A stretch of 64,000 nt of DNA from Salpingoeca rosetta. Lineage: Eukaryota > Protista > Choanoflagellata. Positions 19,166 to 49,057 of the stretch are shown here, in pieces. Position 1 is the first letter of the stretch; each line of letters begins with the position of its first letter. The DNA lies in contig JAWQFM010000001.1 in assembly GCA_033442325.1 (NCBI GenBank), positions 872,210 through 936,209 of the forward strand, written 5' to 3'. The position numbers were made by a program, and so were the translations under genes. A model generated the notes under the pieces. The model ran no database searches, was not told where the DNA came from, and saw only the letters and a list, made by a program, of their open reading frames with translations.

Positions 19166-19399
19166 GAAAGGGAACCACAGGTTAAGGGGCTGTGTTTCGT
19201 TGAGGGGCTCGTGTATGTGTGTGTGTGTGTGTGTGCGTGTGCGCGCGCGCGTGATGTGTGTTGTGTGTGTTACACCTTTTGGGGCTTGTTCTAAGCCACC
19301 ACTAAGCCAATCGTACCGTCGTCTTTGTTTTCTTTATTGCTGCGTGTGGTGATGGGATATGATATGTTGCTTCTCCTGCTCGCTCGTGCCTTGTGTGCT

Positions 19400-19431
<32 letters not shown>

Positions 19432-19679
19432 TTTTTGGAGAGAGAACAGGCGTGATTTGATTGTTGCCTTTTCAATGACCAACAGACCCACGAAACAGAG
19501 CTGACAAGTCAACATGCCACTGCGCGTTCTATGCACCAGCCATGAACGCCCTCTTCGGACACACACTGTCACACACGGCACGCATGCACGCAAACACACC
19601 GCACACGCACACACACACTTGCGCCACACACACACACACACACACATTCACGCCACAAGCAACACTGCATGCACCCCCA

Positions 19680-19796
19680 CTATGCCCTCTCCTTGTTTTT
19701 CTGCTTCGCCTTCTTCTTCCTGTCGCTCTCGGCTGCAGAGAGAGCAGCACTCGCAACGTCGCCGTCAAACGCGTGCAGTGAAATGTCGGACACAGC

Positions 19797-19858
<62 letters not shown>

Positions 19859-20287
19859 ATGTGTGTGCGTGCGTGCGTGCGTGCATGTGTTTGTGTGTGT
19901 GTGCGTGCGTGCGTGAGTGTGCGTATGTGTGTGTAAACAGGTTGTCAGCTTGGTATGGCAAGCGGCACCGAAGTATGCAACAACACACACAGCGCAAGCT
20001 CTTGCGCGCACAGCAACGCACCCCTGGCTTTGCAGCGTAGCACGTCATTTTCCAGAGAACCACTTCATCCATCTCAAGCTTTCGGTTGAATCCCAAGTGC
20101 TCAAAGTGCGGATACACAGCATCATCGTCGTCTTCGTCAGCAACGAGCTGAAGCAATCACGTGCACGTGCGAACGCGTGAGGACGTGAGGACGTGGCAGA
20201 ACATGGCTTGAAGTACAACGTCTGACATATGTATGCATCCAAAGTGAATGCGTGGTTGCGTGTGTGTGTGTGTGTGTGTGTGTGTTC

Positions 20288-20378
<91 letters not shown>

Positions 20379-20379
20379 C

Positions 20380-20429
<50 letters not shown>

Positions 20430-20436
20430 GTGTGTG

Positions 20437-20467
<31 letters not shown>

Positions 20468-23400
20468 TTCGTTCTCCCTCCCCCCTCTATCTCCGTGTGC
20501 GTGTGCGTTCACCTGTGTGTAGATCTGGAAGAAGCCGCGACGTGTCAACTCGCCTTCTTCAGCGTCAAAGTTCTCTGTGCAAACGCATCAGAGAGCACAA
20601 ACACGCACGCAAGCAGACGCAGATGCAAAAGTGAGTCAGTCGTCACCGCAGCACTTTACAACAACAAAAGACAACAACAAAAGACAACAACAAAAGACAA
20701 CAACACCATCATCACCATCACTGCCGCTGCTGCTGCTGCTGCTTACCAATGATAAACTCCCACACGTCATCCTCGCACTCCTCGCCATCTGTCTGTTTCA
20801 AGAGCGCATTGTATTCGCTCCGGCTCAAACGTCCGTTTCGCCGCGTGTCAAAACTCCTAAATGCCTCATCCAGCGCCGTCGTCGCCTGCAGTGGTGCGGC
20901 GGGTCGTGTGAATTTATGTGTGTCTCTGTGTGTGTGTGTGTATGTCTGTGTGCGTGTGTGTCTGTATGTGCGTGAATTTTGTGTGTCTGTGTGTGTGTCT
21001 GTGTGTGTGTGTGTGTGTCTGTCTGGCTGTCCGTCTGTCTGTCTGTCTCTGTGTGTGTGTGTGTCTGTGCGTCGTAGCAACAGCAGTGACATGCATGTGC
21101 CCAGAGTTCGTCCACCCGAGAGGCCGCACCTGCTCTGTAAACGACTTTGCGTCATTGTCGTCGGTGATGCACAACGGGGCGAGTGGCGTCTTCTTCGCCT
21201 TCTTTTCATCGCGCGGCTTCAGCGTCGGCTGAGACGTCGGCACAATCGTGTACGTGCCTGCATACAGGGATCAGCGAGAGAGGGTGTGTGTGTGTGTGTG
21301 TGTGTGTGTCCGCATGAGTATGCGCACACGAATGCATTCTGCGCATTCGAGCATCAACGACAACAAGAACGACGTGCGCAAACTTGCTCCCCTCACCGGG
21401 ATCCAACTCGACAATGATCGACTGCACGTCTCGGTTCGCGCGGCGCGTGCGTGTGCGGCCAATGAACTTGTTGTTCTCCTGACAGAGAAGAGGAAGAGGA
21501 GAAGAACAGAGCGCAGCGAGTGTAGCGTGACCGCATGAGTGCCAATGTGACCGTGGGCAGCCGTTCAAGTCAACAACACACACACACACACACAAACACA
21601 CAGTACGCGCGCGCAAACACTTTCGCGCACTACATCGGCAAGCATCACACACGTACGGCCCATCTGCTTACGTCCACAATGACACATCCCGGCGAAACGG
21701 AAGTTGTGTCCACCGACGATGACGACCGCTCCACGTCAATCAGCAATCGCGTTTTCTGTGTCATGAACAAAATCGCGCGCACACGCACACAGTGACAGCA
21801 GAAGCGGCGTGGCAAACGCGCGTGAGATGTTTGTGGCACCACAAGGAGGAGGAAGGAGAATCAGTGCGCCTCATTTGCGCTCGTGTACATGTGTGGCTTA
21901 TGCTTTTCCCACTTTGGTCAAAAAAATTAGCCCATGCAATGTGCGGTGACATGACACAATAACGTTATGTGGGAGGTAATGCACACACGAACGGCCTGAA
22001 GCCACCGCCGACCTTTGTTGGCTTGATTTCAAACAGCTGCGAGGATGGGGGGCCCTCCTTCTGTGCCTGGATGCGCCCAAACAGCTCCCATCGAGTCCAC
22101 GCCTGACCCCACATGTGCGCACATGTGTAGTGAGTTGAGGTATGTGGAGGCAGCCACAACAAAAGACACTCCTCGCACATGCTTGCAGATGCATACATAC
22201 AGAGCGTGTTTGAGTGCGTGTGTGTGCATTTGCGCCCATTCACAAGCGTACACAATCACATAAACACATACACACACACCTTCAGAGCAGTGGCAGATGG
22301 GCGCGTCGCCTTCTTGTCCTTTTCATCCTGTTCCTTCTTGTTCTTCTTTTCCACCTCCCTATCTTTCCCGCGGCGACTGCGACTGCCTTCATCGTCATCA
22401 CCATCATCATCATCATCATCACCACCATCATCGCCATCATCATCGTCACTGCTGTGACCACGGCGCCTTCGCCTTGCTGCTTCTGTATCCCGAGCGTCCT
22501 TCGTCCTACCTCTCAAAGACTTACTGCCCCCTTCAATCCTCCTGTCGTCATCATCACCATCATCATCACCATCGCCCTCGCTGTCATCGTCGTCATCTTG
22601 TGTTGTCCTCCCCTTCTTGGTTCTGCGCACTGCTGCTGCTGGTAACCGGCCGCTCTTGGTTGTCCCCGATCGCCCACTCCGCTCTGCCCTCGTCTTGTCC
22701 GCCCGCCTCCCTGGTCCTGCCCGTGTGCGTGTGCGTCGCTTGGATGAAGCGACTGAACGACTGCCGTTGTCGTCATCTTCAGCATGATCGTCACGGCTGC
22801 CGGTGCTGCCGTTGTTTTTATTGTCGCTTGACGGCGGTGGCTGCATCTGCTTGATCTGGTCTGCAAACGCCAAACACATGTTGCAGAACTGGATACAACG
22901 TGGCAGTCGTCACAACATATGCACGAGAAAACGCGTGAGCGCTCGCAGGCATGCATGGGTTAACGTGGTGCAGGCAATGTATCAGTGGGCACAACATGGC
23001 ATGGGCACCACGCTGCTCGCTGACCTCATGATACTCGATGGATCCGCTCTTGTCCGTGTCAAACTTCATCACGTCCTCCACCTCGGATCGCGTCATGCGC
23101 TCGCCGTACTGCGTGTGGTGGAAGTGGGTGGATGTTTGTGTGGTCGTGTGTGTGATGTAAGTGGGTGGATGTTTGTGTGGTCATATGTGTGTAAATATGC
23201 GTACATGTGTTTGCATGTGCTGGTGAAAACAAGGACATGAGCAACACCAGGGCCAGTGTGCTACAAAAGCCATCCATGCACCTACATTCATGAGAGCCTT
23301 TTCGAGCTCTTTGCGCGAGAGGGACCCATCTCCGTTCTCATCAATGATCTTGAACGCCTGCACGAGGTCGTCTGTTTGAAGGGTGCACGCGCAGCGAGCG

Positions 23401-24056
23401 ACAATCACACAGATGAACAACCAATGAATCTGAAGCAGCGCAGAGAAGGAGGAAGAGTGGTGTGAGACAGCGGGTGCAAGGAGGCGCACCGGCTGTAGTT
23501 GGAGGGATGCGCGCTGTGAGCGTGCGCAGGTCTTCCATGGAGTACAGCTCGTCAGCCGGTGCAACTTCAGCCGCAAAGTCCCGCATCACCTGAACAGCAC
23601 GTGAGTGAGTGAGTGAGTGTAGGCGAGTGAGTGAGTGAGTGAGTGAGTGAGTGAGTGAGTGAGTGAGTGAGTGAGTGAGTGAGTGAGTAAGTGTGCAGGT
23701 GGGCGAGTAAGTGTATGTGCATGTAAACATGCGTGCACACGTGTCTATCATGTACAGATGCATGTTCATGCACGTGTGTGTGTGTGTGAACTCCTCCTCC
23801 CTGAAGCGGTGCATGTCTCAAACGTGTTCATGTACGCACAGCCACCACGACCACACATCTTACTTTGACTTCTCAAACATGTGAAGCACACCTTTTTGGT
23901 TGGGTTAAACCCCATGAAGTGCACTGCATCCAACAGTTGTTTGCGGGTGATTCGATCATCTCCATCCGGGTTCACGGCCAACCACGCCACCTCAATCCCA
24001 GCCGCACCATCCCCACCATCCCCACCAGCTCTCCTCGTCCTCCTCGTCTTGCCCAT
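19680..24056 (-). CDS. EFCAB7: EF-hand calcium-binding domain protein 7 homologue; multi-exon
   Basis: N-terminal VAWLAVNPDGDDRITRKQLLDAVHFMGFNPTKK. EF hands LVQAFKIIDENGDGSLSRKEL and GERMTRSEVEDVMKFDTDKSGSIEYHE|FC. C-terminal LDEAFRSFDTRRNGRLSRSEYNALLKQTDGEECEDDVWEFII|ENFDAEEGELTRRGFFQIY...HLGFNRKLEMDE matches the recalled EFCAB7 signature (RTSGEKCDEDAW..RENFD...LTRQGF...GYNKALEL). Confidence 0.85.
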
Positions 24057-24086
24057 TTGTGCTGCTCTTTGGTTTGTTGGCTGTCC

Positions 24087-24096
24087 GTTGCCAGGG
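24087..24096 (+). promoter_or_regulatory. RFX X-box-like site upstream of EFCAB7
   Basis: GTTGCCAGGG about 30 bp upstream of the minus-strand ATG at 24056. Confidence 0.45.
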
Positions 24097-24612
24097 TGCG
24101 TCTGCATTCCCGGTGGCCCACATTCGGCTGTAATTGCACCTGCAATTGGCAAATCAGCTCCTTTCCCAGTCGGCCACACCGCAAAACAACCAAAGCCCAA
24201 AGTGTCTGAGCAGACACCTCTAACTCATGTAAACCAACCAACAACCCGGCCAGACGGAGACAGAGAGAAAGAGAGAGGGAGAGAGAGAGAGAGAGAAAGT
24301 ATGCGTCCGTGTGTGTGTGCGTGTGCGTGACTTAATAGGGCCCTGTTAACCGCCTGTGCGGGTTTTATTTGGTGTGACATTCCCTGCACGAGATCTTCTA
24401 TATTGCTATTCAACCACATCAACAACCATGTCTCGAACTACAAAGACGCGTGCATCCTCAGACTAACACAGGATGCGCCCCACACGCGCAGGTCCCTCCT
24501 AGTGTCATTCATATGCAGCAGAACACGTCACAGTGAGCAGGGTGTAACCGCAAACACACCACACACGCACCACCCCATATGGCGCACCATGTGCAAGCGC
24601 GCGTGCACCCGG

Positions 24613-24712
24613 NNNNNNNNNNNNNNNNNNNNNNNNNNNNNNNNNNNNNNNNNNNNNNNNNNNNNNNNNNNNNNNNNNNNNNNNNNNNNNNNNNNNNNNN
24701 NNNNNNNNNNNN
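24613..24712. other. Assembly gap (100 N)
   Basis: Run of N. Confidence 0.99.
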
Positions 24713-27887
<3,175 letters not shown>

Positions 27888-27910
27888 CTGTTCGCGTATA
27901 TCGGGGAGAT

Positions 27911-28039
<129 letters not shown>

Positions 28040-28064
28040 GGAGAGTGTGCGTGTGCGTGTGCGT

Positions 28065-28117
<53 letters not shown>

Positions 28118-28125
28118 GATACTCG

Positions 28126-28225
28126 NNNNNNNNNNNNNNNNNNNNNNNNNNNNNNNNNNNNNNNNNNNNNNNNNNNNNNNNNNNNNNNNNNNNNNNNNNN
28201 NNNNNNNNNNNNNNNNNNNNNNNNN
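28126..28225. other. Assembly gap (100 N)
   Basis: Run of N. Confidence 0.99.
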
Positions 28226-29500
<1,275 letters not shown>

Positions 29501-29624
29501 GTGAGAACAGGTGGTGGGTGTTACACGTGAAAACGGAGGTGGCAATAATATGTCAACACGGGAAGGAAGGCAAGGACAGTACCTTCACACTTGTCCGCTC
29601 AACGCCACAACACAATCCGCGGCG

Positions 29625-29672
<48 letters not shown>

Positions 29673-29903
29673 GCGCACTGCCTCGCTTTCAAGCTGGCTC
29701 AAATCCACAGTGCACTGTACCTGTGCAAGCAAGTCGCCGAGGTTCTTCTCAAGCTCGTCAATGCGGGAACCCATCTCGTCGATGCGGCCTACAGAGTGAT
29801 GACAGTGGTGGCACGCACAAACAAAGTTGGTCAACACACGCGCTACCGGTTCATGCGCAAGCATCAATACACACACATGTGTGTGTGCAAGCGTGCAGTT
29901 GTT

Positions 29904-29974
<71 letters not shown>

Positions 29975-30315
29975 AGGGGCGTGTCGTTGTTCCCCACGAA
30001 CAAAAATCTCATGCAGCAAGTATCATGATGCCACACAAAAGTATACTCACCAACAATCTGGTCGCTCATGTTCTGGAACTTCTCTTGCTGTCAGGTGTAC
30101 AATGCGCATGTGTGCGCATGTGTGTGTGCATGTGCATGTGCGTGCATGTGTGTGAGAATGAGCCAGACCGAACAAGTGGTACCAGCAGCAACCAAACATC
30201 CACCCACCAACAGCAACCAAACATCCACCCACCAACAGCAACCAGGCATCCACCCACCAACTTCAACAACGAAACATCCATCAGTGTCACTCCTTATCCA
30301 CCACGCCCACGCTTA

Positions 30316-30389
<74 letters not shown>

Positions 30390-31600
30390 CAAACTATTCA
30401 ACCAAGCGTACCATCTGGTTCAGGAGGGTCTGAACAACAGCTGTGAGATCCTGCACGCCGTCGCCATCGCCGCCTGATGCCATTGCGGCGTCCTTGCCTC
30501 CCTTGTCAGCCATCCTTTTGTTGTTGGTGGTGTGTTTGGTTGTTGTCGTGCACAGACGTCGTTCGTCGTTCGTCGTTGGCTGGCTGGTGTGTTTGGTCGC
30601 AAACAACAAAATGCGGTTTTGTTAAAGTCTTCCGTGAACTATCGCTTGATTTTTCAAAGTTGGCGGCGGCGACGACAGCGATCAACAGAATTTTTTTTTT
30701 TAGCTGCAGCAGTTTGCAGCCGCCCTGAACAAGAAGGAAAGGGAAGGAGACGCAAAAGCAAGGTGAGGTGCACGAAGGGATGAAGGGAAGAATGTATGAA
30801 GAGAGGCAAGGAGCGGGTTATGTTGAAGAGTGAGGAAGGCGCACATACACGTGTGTGTACGCGTGTGTGCTTGGTGGAGACACACAGTGAAGAATGAATG
30901 CAGAAAGTGGAGTCGGTTGATTCAATTCTTGCACCTTCAGAAGAGAAGGGTTGATGATGATATCAATCAATGGTGACGGAAGCAGGGATGTGTTGTTGTT
31001 GATCCTTCATCGTCCCAGTCCTCGTTGTCGCTGTCACACACATCTCCACCGGCCGTTTATATTGACATGCAATTGTTGGCTGTTGCTGGCCGGTTGCTGT
31101 TGGCTGCTGTTGCTGGTCTCTCATTTGCATTTTGTGTGTCTGCGTGGGTGTGACGTTTCTTTGTGTGTGAACCAGTGCAGCCGCACCAGGTGAGACCGTT
31201 ACTGCAGCTGGTTGGCGTCGTTGCTGGTGGAAGCTGTTGCTGTTCCGACTGACGTTCAAGTGCACACAGACAAAAAAGTACGCATCGCATCTTTGGTGCA
31301 CTTGCTTGTCCTGGCACAGCACTGCGCAGCTCTAGTGTATTTGTATGTGTGTGTGTATGTGTGTGTGTGTGTGGTCTAGGTTGCGGGTGTGCAGTTTTGT
31401 TTGCAATGTGTTGTGTATTGTGGTGTGTGGCAGTGGTATTTTATGTCTTGCGCCTCCACACTGCCACCGGGCTGGTTCCTGATGAAGCTGACGCGGCCCC
31501 CGTGCACGCTGCGGCCCGTGCCCTTCTTGTGGGGGCTTGTTGGTGTTGTTCAGCAGGAGCACACGTGCTGCGTGTTTTGTGCAGCTGTTGACCGTTGACC

Positions 31601-43594
<11,994 letters not shown>

Positions 43595-44430
43595 TGATGA
43601 TGATTGGGCACGAGCGTGCCTGCAAGCAACACTCGGACGCAAGCAGGTGTGCATGTCTGAGGATGATGTGTACACGCTTCGCGATTGCTCCAATGTCGTA
43701 TTGGTTTGTTCCCCATTTCCTACAACCTCCTTTTTTTACTTAGGTTTTCTAGTAGTTTCACTTTCTCTGCCAACCCTTTTGCCCAATTCTTCGTGCGACG
43801 TACGCACTCAGCACATGCACTTGCCCACGCGTTGCTGGGCCCGTGGTGTATGTTGCACGTTGCCCTCGTGTCTTGTGTGCTTTCGTGTTTGCGTGTGTTT
43901 GTTCAGAAAAAGGAGCTTCGTGTCTGTGTTTTGCCTATGGATGCTTCTTCACTCGTGTTGTTTTGTTGCGCACGCGTTGCTGTGGCCCATTACCATCTAA
44001 TTGTGTTGGTGCGCCGTGTTGCTGTGTTGTACATCCAGCCGATCTGCTTACCTTTGCCTCGTTGTTTCCTGGTTCTCAGTTGACGTGTGTGTTTTTGTGG
44101 TTGTGCTGTTTGCTCTCACATCCTCAGCACCATCATCTGCTTTTGGTCTTGCGTTGACGGCGTGTCTTTGCTGTGTGATGTGACTTGCTGTTATTGGTGA
44201 CCTGAGCGTGTTGTGTTTGTGTTCTTGTGTGTTTGGTTGTGCCACTTGTTGCGATGCTGCAATTCATGTGTACAAAGACGCTCTTCGCAACCAACACTTC
44301 TTCACATTGAACTTGGGGGTTTGGGGGTTGGGGTGCGGCAAGCAAGCCAGCAAACAACACAACGCACTCAACACGCACGCACACGCACACGCACACGCAC
44401 ACGCACACACACACAATTATTACACGCACG

Positions 44431-44505
<75 letters not shown>

Positions 44506-44554
44506 ACGCACGCACACGCACGCACACACACACCGCGCGCGCGCATGCACACAT

Positions 44555-46453
44555 CTAGAGGCCGTGTGCCTTTGCCCACATCTTGACGCGTGTGCTAAGC
44601 GAGGTGCACTTGTCAACCACCTGCATCACCTGCAAATCGTCCACGAGCAAGTGCACAGCAGCATACACGTCCGTGGCCGCGTGCTGGCTACCCTTGCTGG
44701 CGACGGTGGTGGAGGCTGGGCGAATGAGCTCGAGAGCAGACAGGTGCTCAAAAGCCTTGAGGGCAACTGGCTTGCGGTAGAAATCAACACCGTGCTTGTT
44801 GATGCCAGCAGCAAACGCCTTGTACGTGGCGTACACGCCCTCAAAGTTGAAGGACATGGTGCCGCGGTAGCGGAGGTTGTTCATTGCGATGACCAGGCAC
44901 AGCTCCAGCGCAGAGAGGTCGAGCATCAGCGTGACTTTGGCGTCGCGCGTCTGTCGCATCTTCTCCTCAAACACGTCCTCCGCTCGGAGGAACGGGCGCG
45001 CCGGCGCTGTCCTGGTGACGGCCTGAAACGCCATCTTCTGGAGTGGGCGGAGATCAGATGTGCTGATGGCGTGCATTTCCCGCAACTCGCGTTCCAGCGT
45101 CGGGTTGTGCTGCAGCGCACGCACGTGCACGTTCCAGGCGTGGCGGAAGGACGCGGGCTCAAACGTGTCGGGGAGAAGCAGCATGTCGACAAACTGCTGC
45201 AAGTAGGTGGGAAAGTCCGCCCACGCGTTGAACAGGTGCACGAACCGCTGGGAGAAGCGGGACAGCACGCGCTTCTCGAGCAGGCTGTAGATGTCCACTC
45301 GACACGAGACACCAACCACCACCATGGGAACCGCTGCCAGCTGCGTGTGGTCGAGCAGCGTGTACAGCAACGTCTGCTGGCCAAAGTGGGCATACACGTC
45401 AAACTCCTCCACAATGACGATGATGCACTGGGAGGTTGCACCGGAGCCCTGCTGCAGCGCCTGACGGAGGGCACGAGCAGTCTCTGCGGCGCTGCTGGCA
45501 ATGTCCTCGTCCTCGTCCACGTCCTCAGAGGCAGCGACCCTGAGCTGGGACGCCATGTGCTTCAGTCCGGCGGCGTCGTCGCCATGCACAAGGCCATTGA
45601 GCTCAATCAGGATGAACCCGCGCTCCTTGGCGGCAGGGTCTTGTCGAAGCTTTTGCAGGACGCTTTGTACGCACGTGGTCTTGCCGCTGCCCCGCGGGCC
45701 CGTCAGGAGCACGCTGTTGCTCTCGCCGCGCACCACGCCCGCGTACAGCGTGTCGAAGAGGAGCTGCTCTGTTTCGCGGTGGCGAGCTGTGTTGGGCAGG
45801 GGTGGGTTCAGGAGCTGATGTCGAAGGGTCTCGCGCGCAGCATCCAGCACCTCTGGATCAATGCCATCTTTTTGTTCCTGCTGGTCTACTGGGTCGCCAG
45901 CATTGGTTGCCGCAGAGCCGCTGCTGCTATTGCTGTTGTCGTTGCTGTTGTCGTTGCTGTTGTCGTTGCTGTTGCTGGTGTTGCTGCTGGTGCTTTTGTG
46001 GTTGCTGCTGCTGGTGCTTTTGTGGTTGCTCTTGCCGCCGCCGCCGCCGCCGCCGCTGCCGCCGCTGCTGCTGTCACCATCAACGTCACCATCATCATCC
46101 TCCTCATCGCTGTCGATCGCGTGTCTCTTCGTGGTTGTTGTCGATTGGCCCTTGGGTCGTTGTTGTGCGTTCTTGGCTGCTTTCCGTGTGGATTGCCCCG
46201 AGCCATTTGCCCGCCTCTTCTTGTTGCTGCCACTCTTGCTGTTGCTGGCAGTCTCTAATGTAGCACCGCTCGGATCTGATGCACTTTTGCTGGTTCCTTT
46301 CTTGTGGTGCTGCTGCGCCCCCTGTCGACTCTTCGCACCACCACCACTCGCAGCATCGTCAACAGCACCGTCAACAGCAGCATCATCATCAGCAGCACCA
46401 GTGTCCACTGGCTTCCGCTGCTTCCTTCTCCTGCTGGTCCGCCGTGCTGTCAT
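44555..46453 (-). CDS. ORC4: Origin recognition complex subunit 4, single exon
   Basis: [96 protein letters not shown]. Continuous ORF from ATG 46453. Confidence 0.95.
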   Translation of the reverse strand: MTARRTSRRRKQRKPVDTGAADDDAAVDGAVDDAASGGGAKSRQGAQQHHKKGTSKSASDPSGATLETASNSKSGSNKKRRANGSGQSTRKAAKNAQQRPKGQSTTTTKRHAIDSDEEDDDGDVDGDSSSGGSGGGGGGGKSNHKSTSSSNHKSTSSNTSNSNDNSNDNSNDNSNSSSGSAATNAGDPVDQQEQKDGIDPEVLDAARETLRHQLLNPPLPNTARHRETEQLLFDTLYAGVVRGESNSVLLTGPRGSGKTTCVQSVLQKLRQDPAAKERGFILIELNGLVHGDDAAGLKHMASQLRVAASEDVDEDEDIASSAAETARALRQALQQGSGATSQCIIVIVEEFDVYAHFGQQTLLYTLLDHTQLAAVPMVVVGVSCRVDIYSLLEKRVLSRFSQRFVHLFNAWADFPTYLQQFVDMLLLPDTFEPASFRHAWNVHVRALQHNPTLERELREMHAISTSDLRPLQKMAFQAVTRTAPARPFLRAEDVFEEKMRQTRDAKVTLMLDLSALELCLVIAMNNLRYRGTMSFNFEGVYATYKAFAAGINKHGVDFYRKPVALKAFEHLSALELIRPASTTVASKGSQHAATDVYAAVHLLVDDLQVMQVVDKCTSLSTRVKMWAKAHGL

Positions 46454-46764
46454 CGTGTGTCGTCGTGTCGTGCACTCTGCGGAAAATAGATGTAAATCAC
46501 CCACTAAACTTCGAGACTGGCAGTCCTGCCTCGCTCGCTCGACATTTCCGTTGCACGAACCAGCCTTCTTGTTGATGACAACCTGTGTGTGGTGGTGGTT
46601 GCTTGCCTGCTTGCCTCATCCTCTCAATCTCTCTCTCTCTCTCTCACCCTCACGCACACAGCACCCTCACCGAACCAAGCCAACGAGCGAGCAAACAAGT
46701 CTGTCCTTCTTCATCCTCACACGCTCACTTCCTCACTAAAGTCGACGGAGTCAACCGCAGGAAC

Positions 46765-47746
46765 ATGTCGCTGCAGGCGATTGCACCACGGCTGCTGGGG
46801 CGTGCGATGCGCGATGGCTTGCGTGGAGCCAGCGTTGCCTTTGCTCAGCAGCAACGCCACATCGGAACGACGCGCGTTGCCTTGGCCGGCGCGAAGAACG
46901 GGCTGGAGAGGCCCAACGTGGCCATCGCAGGCGTCACGGGCGCCGTGGGCGTTGAGCTGCTCAACTGCTTGGACAAGCGCAACTTTCCCTTCAACAACTT
47001 GAAGCTGCTGGCAAGCGCCCGCTCTGCGGGCAAGGAGATGGTGTTTCAGGGGAAGAAGTACGTTGTGGAGGAGCTGACCGACGACTCGTTTGAGGACGTG
47101 GACATTGCGCTGTTCAGCGCCGGCGGATCGCAGTCGAAGCGCTTTGCCCCCTCAGCCGTGGACGCCGGGTGCGTGGTGATTGACAACTCGTCCGCCTTCC
47201 GCATGGACCCGCACACGCCGCTCGTGGTGCCCGAGGTGAATCCGGAGGCCGCCGCGCACCACAACGGCATCATCGCCAACCCAAACTGCTCCACCATCAT
47301 CATGAACGTGGCGGTGTGGCCGCTGTACAAGCTCTCGCGCATCCGGCGCATTGTTGCTGCCACATACCAGGCGGCGAGCGGCGCCGGCGCGGCTGCCATG
47401 CGGGAGCTGGAGCAGCAGGCCGTGGACTGGAGTGCAGGCAAGGAGCTCAAGACAGACATCTTCGGGCGGCAGTATCTGTGGAACCTCTTCTCGCACAACT
47501 CGGCAATCGATCCCACCAACGGCTATAACGAGGAGGAAGTGAAGATGATCCGTGAGACGAAGAAGATCTTCACAGACGACAACCTCCACGTCACAGCCAC
47601 ATGCATTCGCGTCCCCGTCCTTCGTGCTCACTGCGAAGCCATCAACCTCACCTTCTCGTACGTTGTGTGTATTGATTGGGTGGGTGAGGGGTGCGAGGGG
47701 AAGGGTTCCTGCATGTGTCTGCATGTGGCTGCATGTGCATGCTTGT

Positions 47747-47811
<65 letters not shown>

Positions 47812-48555
47812 ATGCATGCATGCATGCATGCAAGGGCTTGTAAGATGAATGCGTTTGACTGCGCCTCTAACTGCTGCTGATGCTGCTGATGCTGCTGATG
47901 CTACCACTGCTACTGCTGCAACTGTGTTCCAATTGATAGATCTCCCGTGTCTGAGGAGGAGGTGCGCGCTGCATTGGCCGCTGCGCCCGGTGTGCTCATC
48001 CTCGATGACCGCCAACACAACCAGTTCCCAGAGCCTTTGTTGGCCTCAGGTGTGTGCATGTGGGTTCGTGTGTGTTTGTGTGTGCATATGTGGGTTTGTA
48101 TGTGTTTGTGTGTGCATGTCTGTGTGTGTGTGTGTCTGTACTTGCCGTGTGCCGTTTCATCGGCTCATGGACCTTGTCTCACCCACTTGTGACCTGTGAT
48201 GTTATGTTTGTGGATGCAGGCGAAGACGACGTGCTTGTCGGCCGCATTCGTCCCGACCTCAGCCAGCCACACGGCATGGGCTACGAGGTACATACGCACA
48301 TCTGCAATGTGCCTGATGCGTGTTTCTGCCTGTATTCCTTCGCACACACACACACACATACACTCACTCACTCACTCACTCACTCACTCACTCACTCACA
48401 CTCTCCCCGTCTCCCTCACTTCACGCTTACACTTGCAACTTCCCTCCACCTTTGCGACTCCACAGCTGTTTATTGCAGGGGACCAGCTGCTGAAGGGCGC
48501 TGCCCTCAACGCTGTCCAGATTGCCGAGCTGCTCCTCCACCCGCACGACCAATGA
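46765..48555 (+). CDS. asd: Aspartate-semialdehyde dehydrogenase, bacterial/plant type, with N-terminal targeting peptide; 4 exons
   Basis: VAIAGVTGAVG, LASARSAGK, DIALFSAGG, VIDNSSAFRM, PLVVPEVN, catalytic IIANPNCST, TYQAASGAG, NGYNEEEVKM, ATCIRVPVLRAH, GDQLLKGAALNAVQIAE. Confidence 0.95.
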
Positions 48556-49057
48556 AGCCGCCACACACACGCACACACATACGCGCGCGTTGTTGCTGTT
48601 GTTGTTGGTGCTGTCGACCGCGACATGACGGCGCGTCACATGTGACATGCTTGTTGTCTTGTTGTGCGCTGTGCTGTCGACCCCTTGTGCTGTTGGTGTG
48701 GTTGATTCGGTCACTTGCCTCTTCTTGCAACCTCGCTTCTTTGCGTTGCGTGTTCTGACTTCCTCCTTTCTCCGCTCCTGTCTCCGTGGTTACAACGTGT
48801 GCCCAGGGCGCGCATGCGTGCATACACGCCACTCCTTTTGTTGTCATGTTACTCCCGCGCTCTCGGCTTCCCATATGTCTGTCGAGAGATGTAAAGAGAC
48901 GCCACATTCGTGTCACCGCAAGCAAAAGATCAGCAGAGAGCGAGAATGGTGAGTGGAGGGAGGGAGTGTCAGGTCAATCTCACACACGCCATCATGTCAT
49001 CCATTCACAATCAATCACATCAACACACATCCAGCAACGACAAACAAAGCCGCAAAC

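Noticed and set aside
30183-30262. Three ~27-bp direct repeats in HSBP1 intron 1 (similar small repeats at ~11623-11712 and ~59385-59500)
   Set aside because: Ordinary local intronic minisatellites with no splice or coding signature.
44213-46258. 681-aa plus-strand ORF
   Set aside because: Antisense shadow of ORC4 caused by GC-rich codon usage; it starts in microsatellite and has no recognisable motifs.
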